Notes under the pieces: generated by a model
Database searches by the model: none
The model's input: only the letters and a program-made list of their open reading frames with translations
What the model was told of the DNA's origin: nothing
Assembly (NCBI GenBank): GCA_951406725.2
Contig: OX597827.1
Coordinates: forward strand, 67,766,001-67,830,000
Direction of reading: 5' to 3'
DNA length: 64,000 nucleotides
DNA from: Octopus vulgaris
Lineage: Eukaryota
Position numbers and translations under genes: made by a program
Shown here: piece by piece, positions 1 to 12,874 of the stretch
How positions within the stretch are numbered: position 1 is the first letter of the stretch
Layout of the letters: each line of letters begins with the position of its first letter

Positions 1-33
1 TCATCATCGTCGTCATCATCATCATCATCATCG

Positions 34-65
<32 letters not shown>

Positions 66-80
66 GCCGTCATCATCGTT
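1..80. repeat. (CAT)n microsatellite
   Basis: Direct reading. Confidence 0.95.
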
Positions 81-84
81 ATTT

Positions 85-320
85 CCATGCATATTTCTTC
101 CCAGTATATATATTCTGGCAGAAATATGTCGTCTCATCGGGGGGTAGAGTCTTGAAGACATTCCTTCACAGTTTGGTATGATGTGATTAATGTTTTCTTC
201 GGGATTTTGGCTCTACAAGAAAGACTTCAGACTACGCTTGCTCAGTAGTTTGGTGATTTTCCAGACTTCTTCAGCGATATCTATAGTTCCGTCGTAGTTC
301 ACTTTGGTTGCCGTGCGTCG
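85..320 (-). mobile_element. Degraded RLE-type non-LTR retrotransposon fragment (zinc knuckle/RHD region)
   Basis: Minus strand reads through one stop as ...KRSLKSFL*SQNPEENINHIIPNCEGMSSRLYPPMRRHISAR. This resembles the second half of a CCHC knuckle (ExxxHIIxxC) followed by a decayed RHD motif. Confidence 0.5.
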
Positions 321-474
321 TATATAATATACTATAATATAATATAATACAATATAATATATGATAATATATAAGGATATGTAATAATATGTGTGTGGCA
401 TACACAAACGTACGCATATGTTTATTCGTGTACGTATATGAGTGCGTGAATATTAGCATTCCTATCTACATGTA

Positions 475-537
<63 letters not shown>

Positions 538-579
538 GTACATATATATATATATGTACATATATATATATAGGTATAC

Positions 580-633
<54 letters not shown>

Positions 634-637
<4 letters not shown>

Positions 638-843
638 GAGAGTTCATGAAAAAAACAAAAGACGGAGACAGGTGGTGTACAAAAGAAACAGATGTATTAG
701 TATAACGCTCAGGAATTGAAAAAGTCTTATACGTTTCGAGCCTACGCTCTTCTACAGAAAGGGACACATGAAAAATCAAGGAGAGAAACAAGGAGAGAAA
801 AAAAAATGTGTGTAGTGGCTACCGATCTATCACGATATAATCT

Positions 844-847
<4 letters not shown>
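634..847 (-). mobile_element. Penelope-like terminal fragment with decayed hammerhead (725-761)
   Basis: Reverse complement ctgtaga-a-gagc-gtag-gctc-gaaacgta. Homologous to 9038-9222 and flanked by (TA)n on both sides. Confidence 0.6.
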
Positions 848-920
<73 letters not shown>

Positions 921-1062
921 ATGTATGTATGTATGTATGTATGTATGTATGTATGTATGTATGTATGCATATGTATATGTATATATTTCAATACGAAGCT
1001 AATTGTTCACGAGATAAATAATTCACGAAAAAATAATTTGCGAAGATATAAAAATAAAAAAA

Positions 1063-1268
1063 AACTGGATCTCTTCCTGTCAGGTGTCCCAGATGAACCA
1101 ACTTCACGGCAGGAGGTGCAGATGAGGGCAGCTGCATCGAACTCTCTCATGCACCTAATGGCAATTGCTAAAAAGCATTCGTGAAGTAAAATTATGTAGT
1201 AACACCAAAGGGCGGTGCCCCAGCATGGCCGTAGCTCGTGAGCTGAAACTAGATAAAATAAAAATAAA
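1063..1268 (+). mobile_element. CR1-group LINE 3' end (ORF2 C-terminus + 3'UTR)
   Basis: KLDLFLSGVPDEPTSRQEVQMRAAASNSLMH* then a UTR ending in A-rich repeats; a second copy lies at 27224-27436. Confidence 0.7.
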
Positions 1269-1673
1269 AAAAATACCATTGACTCTGTTACTATCTAGTG
1301 TGATAATTTTTAAATGATAGTGACAGAATCAATACTATAGGCGATTTCAGCCCCCACCACACGCACCCACACAAAAAAAAAACAGCATTAAATGGCTGAA
1401 GGATTAAAATTAATCAAAGGACATACTAAATATGTCCACCTGCTGGAAATAACAGTCAAAACTCTTACTTAAATCACCAAAATGCACTGATAATAAATGA
1501 CTACAGAAATCAACAGTCCGAAGGATATCATGCCAGTCCAGAAACCGGTCCACGTGAGTCGAAATACTTGAATGAATGCTGGGAGATTGTGTTAGCGCGT
1601 TTGCCTTTGGCCGGTTGATTTCTGCAGTTATTATCAGTGTACTTTGACGATTTAAATAAGAAAAAGAAATAGG

Positions 1674-1804
1674 CAATCAGAATTTTGGATAATCCTTCAT
1701 TAGCGTTTTCGTTCTTATACGAACTCGTCAAGAAAAAATCAAAATCTTGACGAGTTCGTATAACGAACGGAAACGCTAATTAAGTTTACCCAACATTCTG
1801 ACTG
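1674..1804. mobile_element. ~130-bp palindromic MITE-like element
   Basis: Arms include ttatacgaactcgtcaaga / tcttgacgagttcgtataa around an 11-nt loop. The right end is ...gactg|ta, Tc1/mariner-like. Confidence 0.55.
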
Positions 1805-1995
1805 TATCTTTTTTCTCAATATATAATACCTGTACACCACTCAAACAATCTTTTTTTCTCTCTCTCTCTCCCTCTCTCTTTCTCTCTGTACATATTTATG
1901 TGTGTGTGTGCATATAAGTATGTATTCATATATGTGTATAAGTATATATGTATATACATACATACACACACACACACACACATATATATATGTAT

Positions 1996-2141
1996 AGGAG
2001 AAGGAGTGCCTATGTGGTAAGTAGCTTGCTTACCAACCACCTTGGTCTGGGTTCAGTCCCACTGCGTGGTACCTTGGGCGACTGTCTTCTACAAAAGTCT
2101 TGTGAGTGGATTTGGTACATGGAAGCTGAAAAAAGCCTGTC

Positions 2142-2143
<2 letters not shown>
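1996..2143 (+). mobile_element. SINE family A, 5' half
   Basis: tRNA-like head tgtggtaagtagcttgcttaccaaccac...gggttcagtccc, shared with the full copies. Confidence 0.85.
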
Positions 2144-2175
<32 letters not shown>

Positions 2176-2179
<4 letters not shown>

Positions 2180-2590
2180 CTTATAAAATGAGGGCGAAAG
2201 AAAAATTCTAATGCCAAATATGCCGAAAAAAAGACAAAATTGTCAATAACCATTATAATTTATGCGTCTCGAAACAAGCCGATAGAAATTTCTAAAAAAG
2301 TATTTATCGATGAAGAGGGGAAAATTCTTATGAATTAACCCCGAAATTGGGACCAATACGGTAACAACAGATTTTTTAGAAATTTCTATCGGCTTGTTTC
2401 GAGACGCATAAATTATGATGGTTATTGACAATTTTGTTTTTATTTCGGCATATTTGGCATTAGAATTTTTCTTTTGCCCTCATTTTATAAGTTATTTATA
2501 AATTTAACCTTTAAAGGTATTTTTTGATATGCTGGCCATTGATAAAAAATTTTTTTTTCGAAAAGAATTTTATCCTACATTAGTTGTATA
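2176..2590 (+). mobile_element. Fold-back Penelope-like cassette: 124-bp inverted arms around a hammerhead
   Basis: Arms 2176-2299 and 2372-2495 are reverse complements with a few mismatches. The tail contains tatgctggccattg, related to the tails at 12875, 28055 and 48870. Confidence 0.7.
2304..2364 (+). ncRNA. Type I hammerhead ribozyme motif (C3>A substituted)
   Basis: ttatcg-ATGAAGA-gggg..cccc-GAA-attgg(ga)ccaat-A-cggtaa; helices I, II and III all pair. Confidence 0.7.
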
Positions 2591-3179
2591 TATATATATA
2601 TATACACACACACACATATATATATACATATACATATACGTATTATGAGCTCTTTCCGGTTTCCATCAACAGCATCATCTCGCACACAGTTTTTGTCGTC
2701 CTGGGGCTATACTAACTTTCACCTACCCAAGGTGCCGCGCAATGGTATTGAACCCAAAACGACTTGGCCGGAAAACAATCCTCTTAACGACATTACAACG
2801 CCTGCCTATACATTTCAATCTCCATCTTTTTCTCCTTCTGTTCTCTCTCTGTCTATCTTATTATTCTGTCATCGGGAAGAAGTGTGAACGCTCGAAACGT
2901 TGAATACATCTCCTCATTTAATGACAGTCAAAATAACGTCAACTCTGTGTTTATTTTCTACCTCGTCATTCTGTTGTGTTTTTAGTAACCTTTGCTCCCT
3001 CACGTTTTGTCTCTTCCCCTCATTCTGTCTGTCTGTCTGTTTGTCTGTGTATGTGTGCGTATGCAAGTGTGTGTGTACATATGTATATATATATATATAT
3101 ATATGTGGATATATACAAAGATATGTATGTGTGTATGTATGTATGTATGTATATATATATATATATATATATATGCATA

Positions 3180-3210
<31 letters not shown>

Positions 3211-3942
3211 TGCTATATATATATATATGCATATGTATATATATATATACGTGTGTGTGTGTGTGTGTGTGTGGACACGAAGTGTTTATTACATATCTAC
3301 ATATATATATATATATATATATATACGCAACCTGTGTATCAGTGTGTTTCTATGTATGTATGCAAGTATATATGCATGGATGTATATATGTATGTATGTG
3401 CAGATGTATGTATATATATGTATATATGTATGTATGTTTGTACGTATATATGCATGTATGTATTAATGTATGTATGTACGTATGTATGTATGTATTTGTG
3501 TACGTATGTATGTATGTATGTACGTATGTATGTACGTATGTATATATATATATGTGGGGGGGTGCATGTATATTATCCAGACAGCGTTGTCAAATCAATT
3601 TCCCTCCTGTATATCTATCTAACAATGTTTACATCAAATTCAGATTATGTTATCAATTTATCTCGTAGTCTGACTAAGTAGGAACATATGTAGCCAGTTG
3701 GCCATGAAGTTTCACTGTCCTACAATTACTTACGTACGTATGTACATGCATGCATACATAAGTAAGTACGTAACTAGATTCATTCATACTTGCGTACACT
3801 CAAACATACACAGTTACGTTCATGAAACATTTAAAATACATTCGGATATACATACGTACATACATACATACATAGATACATGCATACATACATTCGCGAG
3901 ACGGATAGCTAGCTAGGTACCTAGCTAGCTAGTTAGATAGAC

Positions 3943-4028
<86 letters not shown>

Positions 4029-4197
4029 GTTTCTTTATTGGCCACACAGGGCTGCATACAGATGGGACAAGTTACAAGGTAGAGCTTTTATTTTGGGGGA
4101 TGAAAAAAACAAAAAAAAAAAATCAAAAGAAACAAAAGAAAAGGTGGCGTAGGTTTTCGATCAAAAGGGATCGTAAAGGGAAAAAAAGAACAAAAAA
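4029..4197 (-). mobile_element. LINE 3'UTR end, family F, in (TAGA)n
   Basis: Reverse complement of the 3' ends at 42633-43053 and 43172-43300, ending aataaagaaa and followed by (TATC)n. Confidence 0.7.
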
Positions 4198-4502
4198 TAG
4201 ATAAACTGACAGGCAGGCAGAAAGACGGACAGACAAACAGACAAACAGATAGACAGAAACATAGACAGATGCATAGATGTACATATGTATGTCTCTATAT
4301 GTATGATTTTGCGTATATGTGCATGAACACCCTCTACCATAAAACATATGAACATATGAGGGTATATGAACACCCTCTACCATAAAACATGCAGGAAAAA
4401 ATATAATAAAATAAAATGCTTTAATTGTTTTAAATGAAAACCAGAATGGTGCACGAAATCCGGGACACCCGGAATATATATATATATGTGTGTGTATATA
4501 TA

Positions 4503-4668
4503 TAGGAGTGGATGTGTGGTAAGTAGCTTGCTTACCAACCACATGGTTCTGGGTCAGTCCCAATGCGTGGCATCTTGGGCAAGTGTCTTCTGCTATAGCC
4601 CCGGGCCGACCATTGCCTTGTGAGTGGATTTGGTAGATGGAAACTGAAAGAAGCCTCTCGTATATATG

Positions 4669-4699
<31 letters not shown>

Positions 4700-4905
4700 G
4701 CGTGTGTGTGTTTGTGTGTCTGTGTTTGTCCCCCTAGCATTGCTTGACAACCGATGCTGGTGTGTTTACGTACCCGTCACCTAGCGAAATACTGAGCTTA
4801 CAAAAGAATAAGTCCCGGGGTCGATTTGCTAGACTAAATGCGGTGCCCCAGCATGGCCGCAGTCAAATGACTGAAACAAGTAAAAGAGTAGAAGAGTAAA
4901 AGAGT
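4503..4905 (+). mobile_element. SINE family A, near full length
   Basis: tRNA-like head, internal (TA)/(TG) tract, tail gcggtgccccagcatggccgcagtcaaatgactgaaac-(taaaagag)n. Confidence 0.9.
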
Positions 4906-5073
4906 ATATGTATATATGAAGAAATTCATATTAATATTGCGATTTCAATTTGCGCTTGTGCATAAATTAGCGCGTCAACATTGTCTCCGTTTTCTAAACT
5001 TTACTCTTAATACATCGGTATTGAAAACGAAGTCACAGTATCATTACATGATTATACATTCATACATAAACAC

Positions 5074-5436
5074 GTGGAGGCAGCGGACTCGCGGTCATAG
5101 GATCGCGGTTTCGATTCCCAGACCGGGCGTTGTTAGTGTTTATTGAGCGAAAACACCTAAAGCTCCACGAGGCTCCGGCAGCGGATGGTGGTGATCCCTG
5201 CTGTACTCTTTCACCACAACTTTCTCTCACTCTTACTTCCTGTTTCTGTTGTACCTGTATTTCAAAGGGCCGGCCTTGTCACTCTCTGTGTCACGCTGAA
5301 TATCCCCGAGAACTACGTTAAGGGTACACGTGTCCGTGGAGTGCTCAGCCACTTACACGTTAATTTCACGAGCAGGCTGTTCCGTTGATTCGGATCAACC
5401 GGAACCCTCGTCGTCGTAACCGACGGAGTGCTTCCA
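5074..5436 (+). mobile_element. SINE family C (tail 2)
   Basis: Head gcagcggactcgcggtcataggatcgcggtttcgattcccagacc (B-box like); tail ends cgtcgtaaccgacggagtgc. Confidence 0.85.
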
Positions 5437-5814
5437 CACACATGATTCGAAACACCAAATTCCTGGTGAACACAAAACATACTTCTTCATCACACGTGTT
5501 TGTATTATAAATAACTTTTAGCTGAGATACACAAAAGGCCTCCCCTCCCTTACGCAGTTTTGTTTTATTATGATTCTTTACCAAAGATCTTCAATCACAA
5601 ATATTTAATTTTCTAATATGTCTGTATGGATGGGATTTAAAATCATATTAATTGCATTCGATTTGTGGAACAAATAAAAGAATTCATTTTGGATTGGGTT
5701 ATGAATAAAAAGTCCGAATGCTAATGGATTTGTTTCCGGGATCTCTCGGCGTTTTGATGTTTTACTGAATAAAAATGCTTCATAGATGCATACTTAAATA
5801 TATAGTCTTGAATA

Positions 5815-5846
<32 letters not shown>

Positions 5847-6159
5847 ATTATTTATACGTGTGTGTACATATATTGGTATATGTGTATATATGTATGTATG
5901 TGTATGCATATATATATATTTATATATATATATATATATACATACATATACATATATACGCATGTATTTGTATGCATACATAAAGGGATGCGCGTACAGA
6001 TGGATAGATGGATAGATAAAGAGTTAGTTTACTACAGAGACAGATACATGTTTATTTATAGATACATGATACATGTATTTATAAATACATAAATACATAC
6101 TTACATGTATATGTGTGTGTGTGTATACATAGATACGTACGTACATGTACATATATATG

Positions 6160-6633
6160 TGCCGTAAGAAGCTTCCTTACCAACCACATGATTCCGGGTT
6201 CAGTCTCTGCCTGGCAACTTGGGCAAGTGTCGGCTACTATAGCCTCGGGCGGACTAAAGCCTTTGAGTGGATTTCGTAGAAGGAAACTGAAAGAAGCCTG
6301 TCGTATATATATATGTATATCACCGTGATCACCGTGATCGACCAGGCTATCAGATGTTGCTACACATCGCTGGTCACAATGCGCTTCGCATTGTTTTAGC
6401 CTTCAAATGGCGCCACCACGCTGGCTAAGCGAGCAGGCCAACAGAAGAAAGAGTGAGAGAAAGCTGTGGCGAAAGAGGACAGTAGGGATCGCCACCATTC
6501 CCTGCCGGAGCCTCGTGGAGCTTTTTTTAGGTGTTTTCGCTCAATAAACACACACAAAGCCCAGTCTGGGAATCGAAAACGCGATCCTCCGACCGCGAGT
6601 CCGCTGCCCTAACCACTGGGCCGTTGCGCCTCC

Positions 6634-6704
<71 letters not shown>

Positions 6705-6870
6705 TGTGTCTGTGTCTGTGCGTCTCTTGACAACTGATGTTGGCGTGTAAACATTCCCGTAAGTTAGTGGTTCAGCAAAAGACACCGATGGAAAAAGTAC
6801 TAGGCTTATAAAGAATAAGTATTGGGGTCGATTTCTTTGACAAAAACCCCTTTAAGGCGGTACTCCAGCC
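6160..6870 (+). mobile_element. SINE family A interrupted by a family C SINE
   Basis: 5' half at 6160-6305 and 3' half at about 6700-6870. Confidence 0.8.
6318..6633 (-). mobile_element. SINE family C (tail 1), nested
   Basis: Reverse complement of 34063-34370 and 36157-36470. Confidence 0.9.
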
Positions 6871-7110
6871 TTGTAACTAGAGTAGAAAGGTATGTATGTC
6901 CAACCATTGTTCATCGTCCCTTTTTGACCAAATCCAGTGCTATTTGGTGTACGATGTGTTAAGCCCAAAGACAAACACAGTAGCATCAAGCTGTTTTCAA
7001 TGAATCCTCTTACGTACAGTTTCGATTTGATAATGCACTGCTTTCCATTTTGCATCTTCAAGATCCTCGAGAGATATATGCATACAGGCATGCATGCATA
7101 GACACACATG

Positions 7111-7142
<32 letters not shown>

Positions 7143-7557
7143 AGCGTAGGAGTAGCTGTGTGGTAAGTAGATTGCTTAGCAACCACATGGTTCAGGCTTC
7201 AGTCTCACTGCGTGGCACCTTGAGCAAATTTCTTCTACTATAGCCTTGGGCTGACCATAGCCTTGTTAGTGGATTCGGTAGACGGAAACTGAAAGAAGAC
7301 TGTCGTATATATGTATTGGCGAGCGCTGTCAGAAACGTTAGCACGTCGGGCGAAATGCTTAGCGGTATTTCGGCTGCCGTTACGTTGTGAGTTCAAATTC
7401 CGCCGAGGTCGACTTTGCCTTTCATCCTTTCGGGGTCGATAAATTAAGTACCAGTTACGCACTGGGGTCGATGTAATCGACCTAATCCCTTTGTCTGTCC
7501 TTGTTTGTCCCCTCTATGTTTAGCCCATTGTGTGTAATAAAGAAATACGTATATATG

Positions 7558-7610
<53 letters not shown>

Positions 7611-7817
7611 GTGTGTGTATATGTTTGTGTGTCTGTATTTGTCCCACCAACATTGCTTCACAACCGATGGTGGTGTGTTTATGTCCTCGTAACGTAGCAA
7701 AAGGTTCCGATAGAATAAGAACTAGGCTTACATAGAATAAGTCCTGGGGTCGATTTGCTCGACTAAAGGCGGTGCTCCAGCATGGCCACAGTCTCATGAC
7801 TGAAACAAGTAAAAGAG
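7143..7817 (+). mobile_element. SINE family A with nested family B SINE
   Basis: Head at 7143 and tail at 7817; the insertion lies in the internal microsatellite. Confidence 0.85.
7318..7546 (+). mobile_element. SINE family B
   Basis: gagttcaaattcc B-box; central gcctttcatcctttcggggtcgataaattaagtacc domain; tail ...taataaagaaata. Confidence 0.9.
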
Positions 7818-8166
7818 TATATATATATATACAAACATACATGCATGCATGAATGCATGCTCTACAACACATACATACATACATGCATGAATGTATGCAT
7901 ACATATATGCATGCATTATATGCATACACACTCATGCATGCATGAATACATACACACGCATACATACATGCATGCATACACACATATATATGCATGCGTG
8001 CATGCACACACACACATGCATACATACATACATACATGCAGGCGTGCATACTCACACATACATATACACATACATACACTCGCATACATACATGCATACA
8101 CATACATACATACACATGCACGTACTCGCATACATACATACATACATACATACATACATACATACA

Positions 8167-8199
<33 letters not shown>

Positions 8200-8439
8200 C
8201 CATTCTCTCTTTTATTAGTTTCAGACATTGCTATGCAATTATGCTAGATCGCTGCTTTTGCTTATTTAATCAATCATATCGAACCCTGTGCACATTTATG
8301 TCTACAGCTTATTTTATCGATCCCTGTTTTCCGATCGATAAGTTCCGAGACGTAAAGCGATACAAACGCAAACAGCACTGATGTGTTAAACCATTTATAT
8401 AAATATACATAGAGTCATTTATATACACACGCATACATT

Positions 8440-8476
8440 TATATGCATGTATGTATGTGCTTGTATTTATACATAC

Positions 8477-8511
<35 letters not shown>

Positions 8512-8818
8512 TGTATGTATGTATGTATGTATGTATGTATATATGTATGTATGTATGTATGTTGTATATATGTATGTATGTATGTTTGTATGTATGTATG
8601 TTTGTATGTATGTATGTTTGTATGTATGTTTGTATGTATGTATGTATGTATGTATGTATGTATGTATGTATGTATGTACTTATGTATGTATTTATGTATG
8701 TATGTATGTTTGTATGTATGTATGTATGTATGTTTGTATGTTTGTATGTATGCATGTATGTATGTATGTATGTATGTATGTTTGTATGTATGTATGTATG
8801 TATGTATGTATGTATATA
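8440..8818. repeat. (ATGT)n microsatellite
   Basis: Direct reading. Confidence 0.95.
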
Positions 8819-8940
8819 ACCAGTATGAACTTCTGAAAAGATATGTATTACTATAATACACTCACACCTCATGATGCATTGGTTTACACGCGGCTGTATC
8901 AGAACGCGATTGGCTAAGGTTCCGGGCTGCAAAAATCATG

Positions 8941-9014
<74 letters not shown>

Positions 9015-9037
9015 AATAAATAAATAAATATATATAT

Positions 9038-9218
9038 CCTTGATCGCTAAATCTCACAAGTCTTTTTTTGTCCTCTCTGCTTATTTTTTCTTATTCTTTT
9101 CTGATGAAGAGCGTAGGCTCGAAACGTAAAAGACTTTCTCACTTTCCCGAGCGTCAAACTAATACACCTGTTTGTTGTTCATACACCAGTCTACATCTTT
9201 TGCTTTTCTGTAAACTTC

Positions 9219-9222
<4 letters not shown>
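9038..9222 (+). mobile_element. Penelope-like terminal fragment
   Basis: Contains an HHR core and about 90 nt of tail into (TA)n; homologous to 634-847. Confidence 0.65.
9097..9132 (+). ncRNA. Minimal type I hammerhead motif
   Basis: tttt-CTGATGA-a-gagc(gtag)gctc-GAA-acgt-A-aaag; helix III is the 4-nt palindrome ACGT. Confidence 0.7.
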
Positions 9223-9306
<84 letters not shown>

Positions 9307-9599
9307 ATACTGGATATATATATATTCATATGAATGTATGTACATATGTATATTTATATAGATATACATATGCATATGCATACTATATGCATACCTACAC
9401 ACACACATGTGCTTGTGTGTATAATTCCACTCGCATGTCTGCATATATATTTATATAAATATACATGTATGTATATATATAAGTATATATATATGTGTGT
9501 GTGTGTGTGTGTTGCGTGTGTGTCCATACGCATATATATTGTACATACGGAGAGCGTCGGTGAAACGACAAAGCCGCGTACTTTTTGAACGCACCCCGT

Positions 9600-9840
9600 T
9601 ATTCCAAGATTTTCTGGTCAAATAAAACACACCATCTGTTCGGCAGGCTCCCTACTCTCCCGACTTGGCACTGTGTGACTTATGGCTCTTCCCCAAACTG
9701 AAAACCATACTGAAAGGGAACTATCGTCTGCGGGGCTCCGAAGCATTCCAGAGAAGGCGTTCCAGAAGCGTTCCCAACAGTGGCAGAATTGCTGGAAACG
9801 TGTGAACTCCTCAAGGGGAGTATTTTGAAGGGGATTAAAT
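9600..9840 (+). mobile_element. Mariner transposase C-terminal pseudogene fragment
   Basis: FQDFLVK*NTPSVRQAPYSPDLALCDLWLFPKLKTILKG, and further on ...AFQKRSQQWQNCWKR...QGEYFEG. YSPDL(x)3D is the mariner D34D motif. Confidence 0.85.
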
Positions 9841-9895
9841 AAAATTTCCAAAATGTACCCAATTGCTTTGTTTGTTTGTCTGTTTTATGCCCAAA

Positions 9896-10000
9896 GGCGC
9901 AGGTATGGCTGGGTGGTAAGAAGCTTGCTTCCCAACCACATGGTTCCGGGTTCGGTCCTACTACGTAGAACCTTGGATAAGTGTCTTCTACTATAGCCTA
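9896..10000 (+). mobile_element. SINE family A, 5' fragment
   Basis: Head sequence match. Confidence 0.8.
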
Positions 10001-10061
10001 CTGCCAGTCTTACACAGTCGTACATATATATTGTTGTTTCCTCCTTTTGGAGGAACAGTTA

Positions 10062-10362
10062 TTTGTTTCTTTTCAAGCCATGTCTGGCTCATAATGGCCG
10101 GTTTCCCGGTTTCCTTGGCGTATAGGTTCTCCCCCTGGACAGGATGCCAGTCCCTCGCAGGTGAGCTGCAAGATGCAGGAAGAAAGAGTGAGAGAAAGTT
10201 GTGGCAAAAGAGTCAGCAGAAGTTCCCCATTACCTTCTGCCAAAGCCGCGTGGAGTTTAGTTGTTCCGCTCATAAACACACACATCGCCCGGTCTGGGAG
10301 TCGAACCCGTTTTCTCTCGACCGACAGTCCACTTCTCTAACCACTAGGTCATGTGCCTCCAC
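10062..10362 (-). mobile_element. SINE family C head with tail 3 (V-domain-like)
   Basis: The head matches family C; the tail contains cctgcgagggactggcatcctgtccagggg. Confidence 0.75.
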
Positions 10363-10459
10363 GTACATAGTATATATACATATAGTAAAGTACATCTTAT
10401 TTATTCTTACTATAATGATTATGTATACTCAAATGTATCATTATACATAGATGCAACAA

Positions 10460-10858
10460 GGCGGTGAGCTGGCAGAATCGTTAGCACACCGGGCGAAATG
10501 CTCAACGGTATTTCGTCTGCCGCTACGTTCTGAGTTCAAATTCCGCCGAGGTCGACTTTACCTTTCATCCTTTCGGGGTCGATAAATTAAGTACCAATCA
10601 CGCACTGGGGCCGATGTAATCGACTTAATCCATTTGTCTGTCCCTGCTTGTCCCCTCTGTGTTTAGCCCCTTGTGTGTAGTAAACAAATATGTATTTCGT
10701 CAGCCGCGATGTTCTAAGATCAAATTCCAGCTGGGTCCACTTAGCTTTTCATCCTGTTGGAGTCGACTAAATAAGTACCTGTTACGCACTGGGGTCGATG
10801 AAATCGACTAGCCCCCTCCCCAAAATTTTAGACCTTTTGCCTATAGCAGGAAGGATTA
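10460..10858 (+). mobile_element. SINE family B plus tandem older partial copy
   Basis: Full copy 10460-10690, then a diverged 5'-truncated copy. Confidence 0.85.
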
Positions 10859-10875
10859 TACATGCATATATATAT

Positions 10876-11026
10876 GTTGTGTGGTAAGTAGCTTGTTTAC
10901 CAACCACATGGTTCTGGGTTCAGTCCCACTGCGTGGCACCTTGGGCAAGTGTCTTCTACTATAGCCTCGGGCCGACCAAAGCTTTGTGAGTAGATTTGGT
11001 AGACGGAAACTGAAAAAAGCGTCGTA
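10876..11026 (+). mobile_element. SINE family A, 5' half
   Basis: Head match. Its 3' half may be 12265-12496, separated by a Penelope-like insert. Confidence 0.85.
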
Positions 11027-11415
<389 letters not shown>

Positions 11416-11550
11416 CTGAAAAGACGGAAGTAGTAAAAAGGAGGAAAATGTTTTTAAAAACAGGAGAGCTGAATCAATGAGGGAATGGTAAAAAAGTTGT
11501 TGCGAGATGACGGTGTGTGTGTGTGAGTGTGCGTGTGTGTGTATGTGTGT

Positions 11551-11850
11551 GTATGGTGGACAATGGCTAGTAGCAAGCAGTAGTAGAATTAAAGGAGTGG
11601 TGTGGGGGTACCCTACCAAGTCAGAAAGGCAGATCAGAAGCAGGGAGGTATGTGTGTGTGCGTGTGTATGTATGTGTGAGTGTGTGCGTGTGTGTATGTG
11701 TGTGTATGGTGGAGAATGGCTAGTAGCGGGCAGTAGTAGAATTAAAGGAGTGGTGTGGGGGTACCTAGCAAGTCGGAAAGGCAGATCAGAAACAGGGAGG
11801 TATGTGTGTGTGCGTGTGTATGTATGTGTGAGTGTGTGCGTGTGCGTGTG
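11551..11850. repeat. Two-copy tandem duplication, period ~153 bp
   Basis: gtatggtgga.aatggctagtagc...gcagatcagaa.cagggagg occurs at 11551 and 11704. Confidence 0.85.
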
Positions 11851-12222
11851 TGTATGTGTGTGTGAGGCGTGATAAAAAAACAGAAAATATGTATATGTTA
11901 GTGCGTGCGGGGCGGGAAAGGGTGGGGGCGTATTAACGTGCCAGTGTGTGTGTTGAGTGGTAGTGTGTGTATATGTCCAGCGTGCGTAGTTGTGTGTGTG
12001 GCAAGTAAATTTGAAGTGTGTGTAAGTGTAATGTGTATATATATGCAAATGTGTGTGTGTGAGTGGATGTGTGTATGTGTGTGCGTGTGTGTACAAAAGG
12101 GGGGAGGGGGTTTAAGGGAAAAAGAACTGCAGCGAAGGGAGGGAGAGGAGGGGAAGATGGAAGAGTGGTCCCGCGGCGACAGGCGTGGGAGAACCCAAAG
12201 ACAACGCGCCGGCCCCAGATAC

Positions 12223-12264
<42 letters not shown>

Positions 12265-12269
<5 letters not shown>

Positions 12270-12496
12270 TGTGTGTTTGTGTGTCTGTGTTTGTCCCCCT
12301 AGCATTGCTTGACAACCGATGCTGGTGTGTTTATGTCCCCGTTACTTAGCGGTTCGGCAAAAAGAGACCGATAGAATAAGTAATGGGCTTACAAAGAATA
12401 AGTCCTGGGAATCGTGTTGCTCGATTAAAGGCGGTGCTCCAGCATGGCCGCAGTCAAATGACTGAAACAAGTAAAAGAGTAAAAGAGTAAAAGAGT
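12265..12496 (+). mobile_element. SINE family A, 3' half
   Basis: Tail match. Confidence 0.85.
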
Positions 12497-12874
12497 ATAT
12501 ATATATATATACATATGTCCATGTCTGTATGCCCGCAGACACACACAAATACACACATACAAACACACATATGTATATATTCAGATATGAATTAGAACCA
12601 GCGCGAATGTTGTAAAAATTAGCGAAACCACATCAATGTATGTCCTTTACTAGTTCGCTTGTGGCTGCGATTTTGACGTAGTTGAGATGACCTTCTCAAA
12701 GTGCCGGGAGTTAAAACTCATGACAATCATCGCCGTTATCGTAACTTTGAGGTATTTTAACATTCAGTTCCTTTAGAAGGTCATCTCTCCGTGTCAAACC
12801 GCAACCGATTGGCAAACAAGCAAAGCGCATACATTGTGAATGTATGTCCGTTAATGTATATATATATATATATT

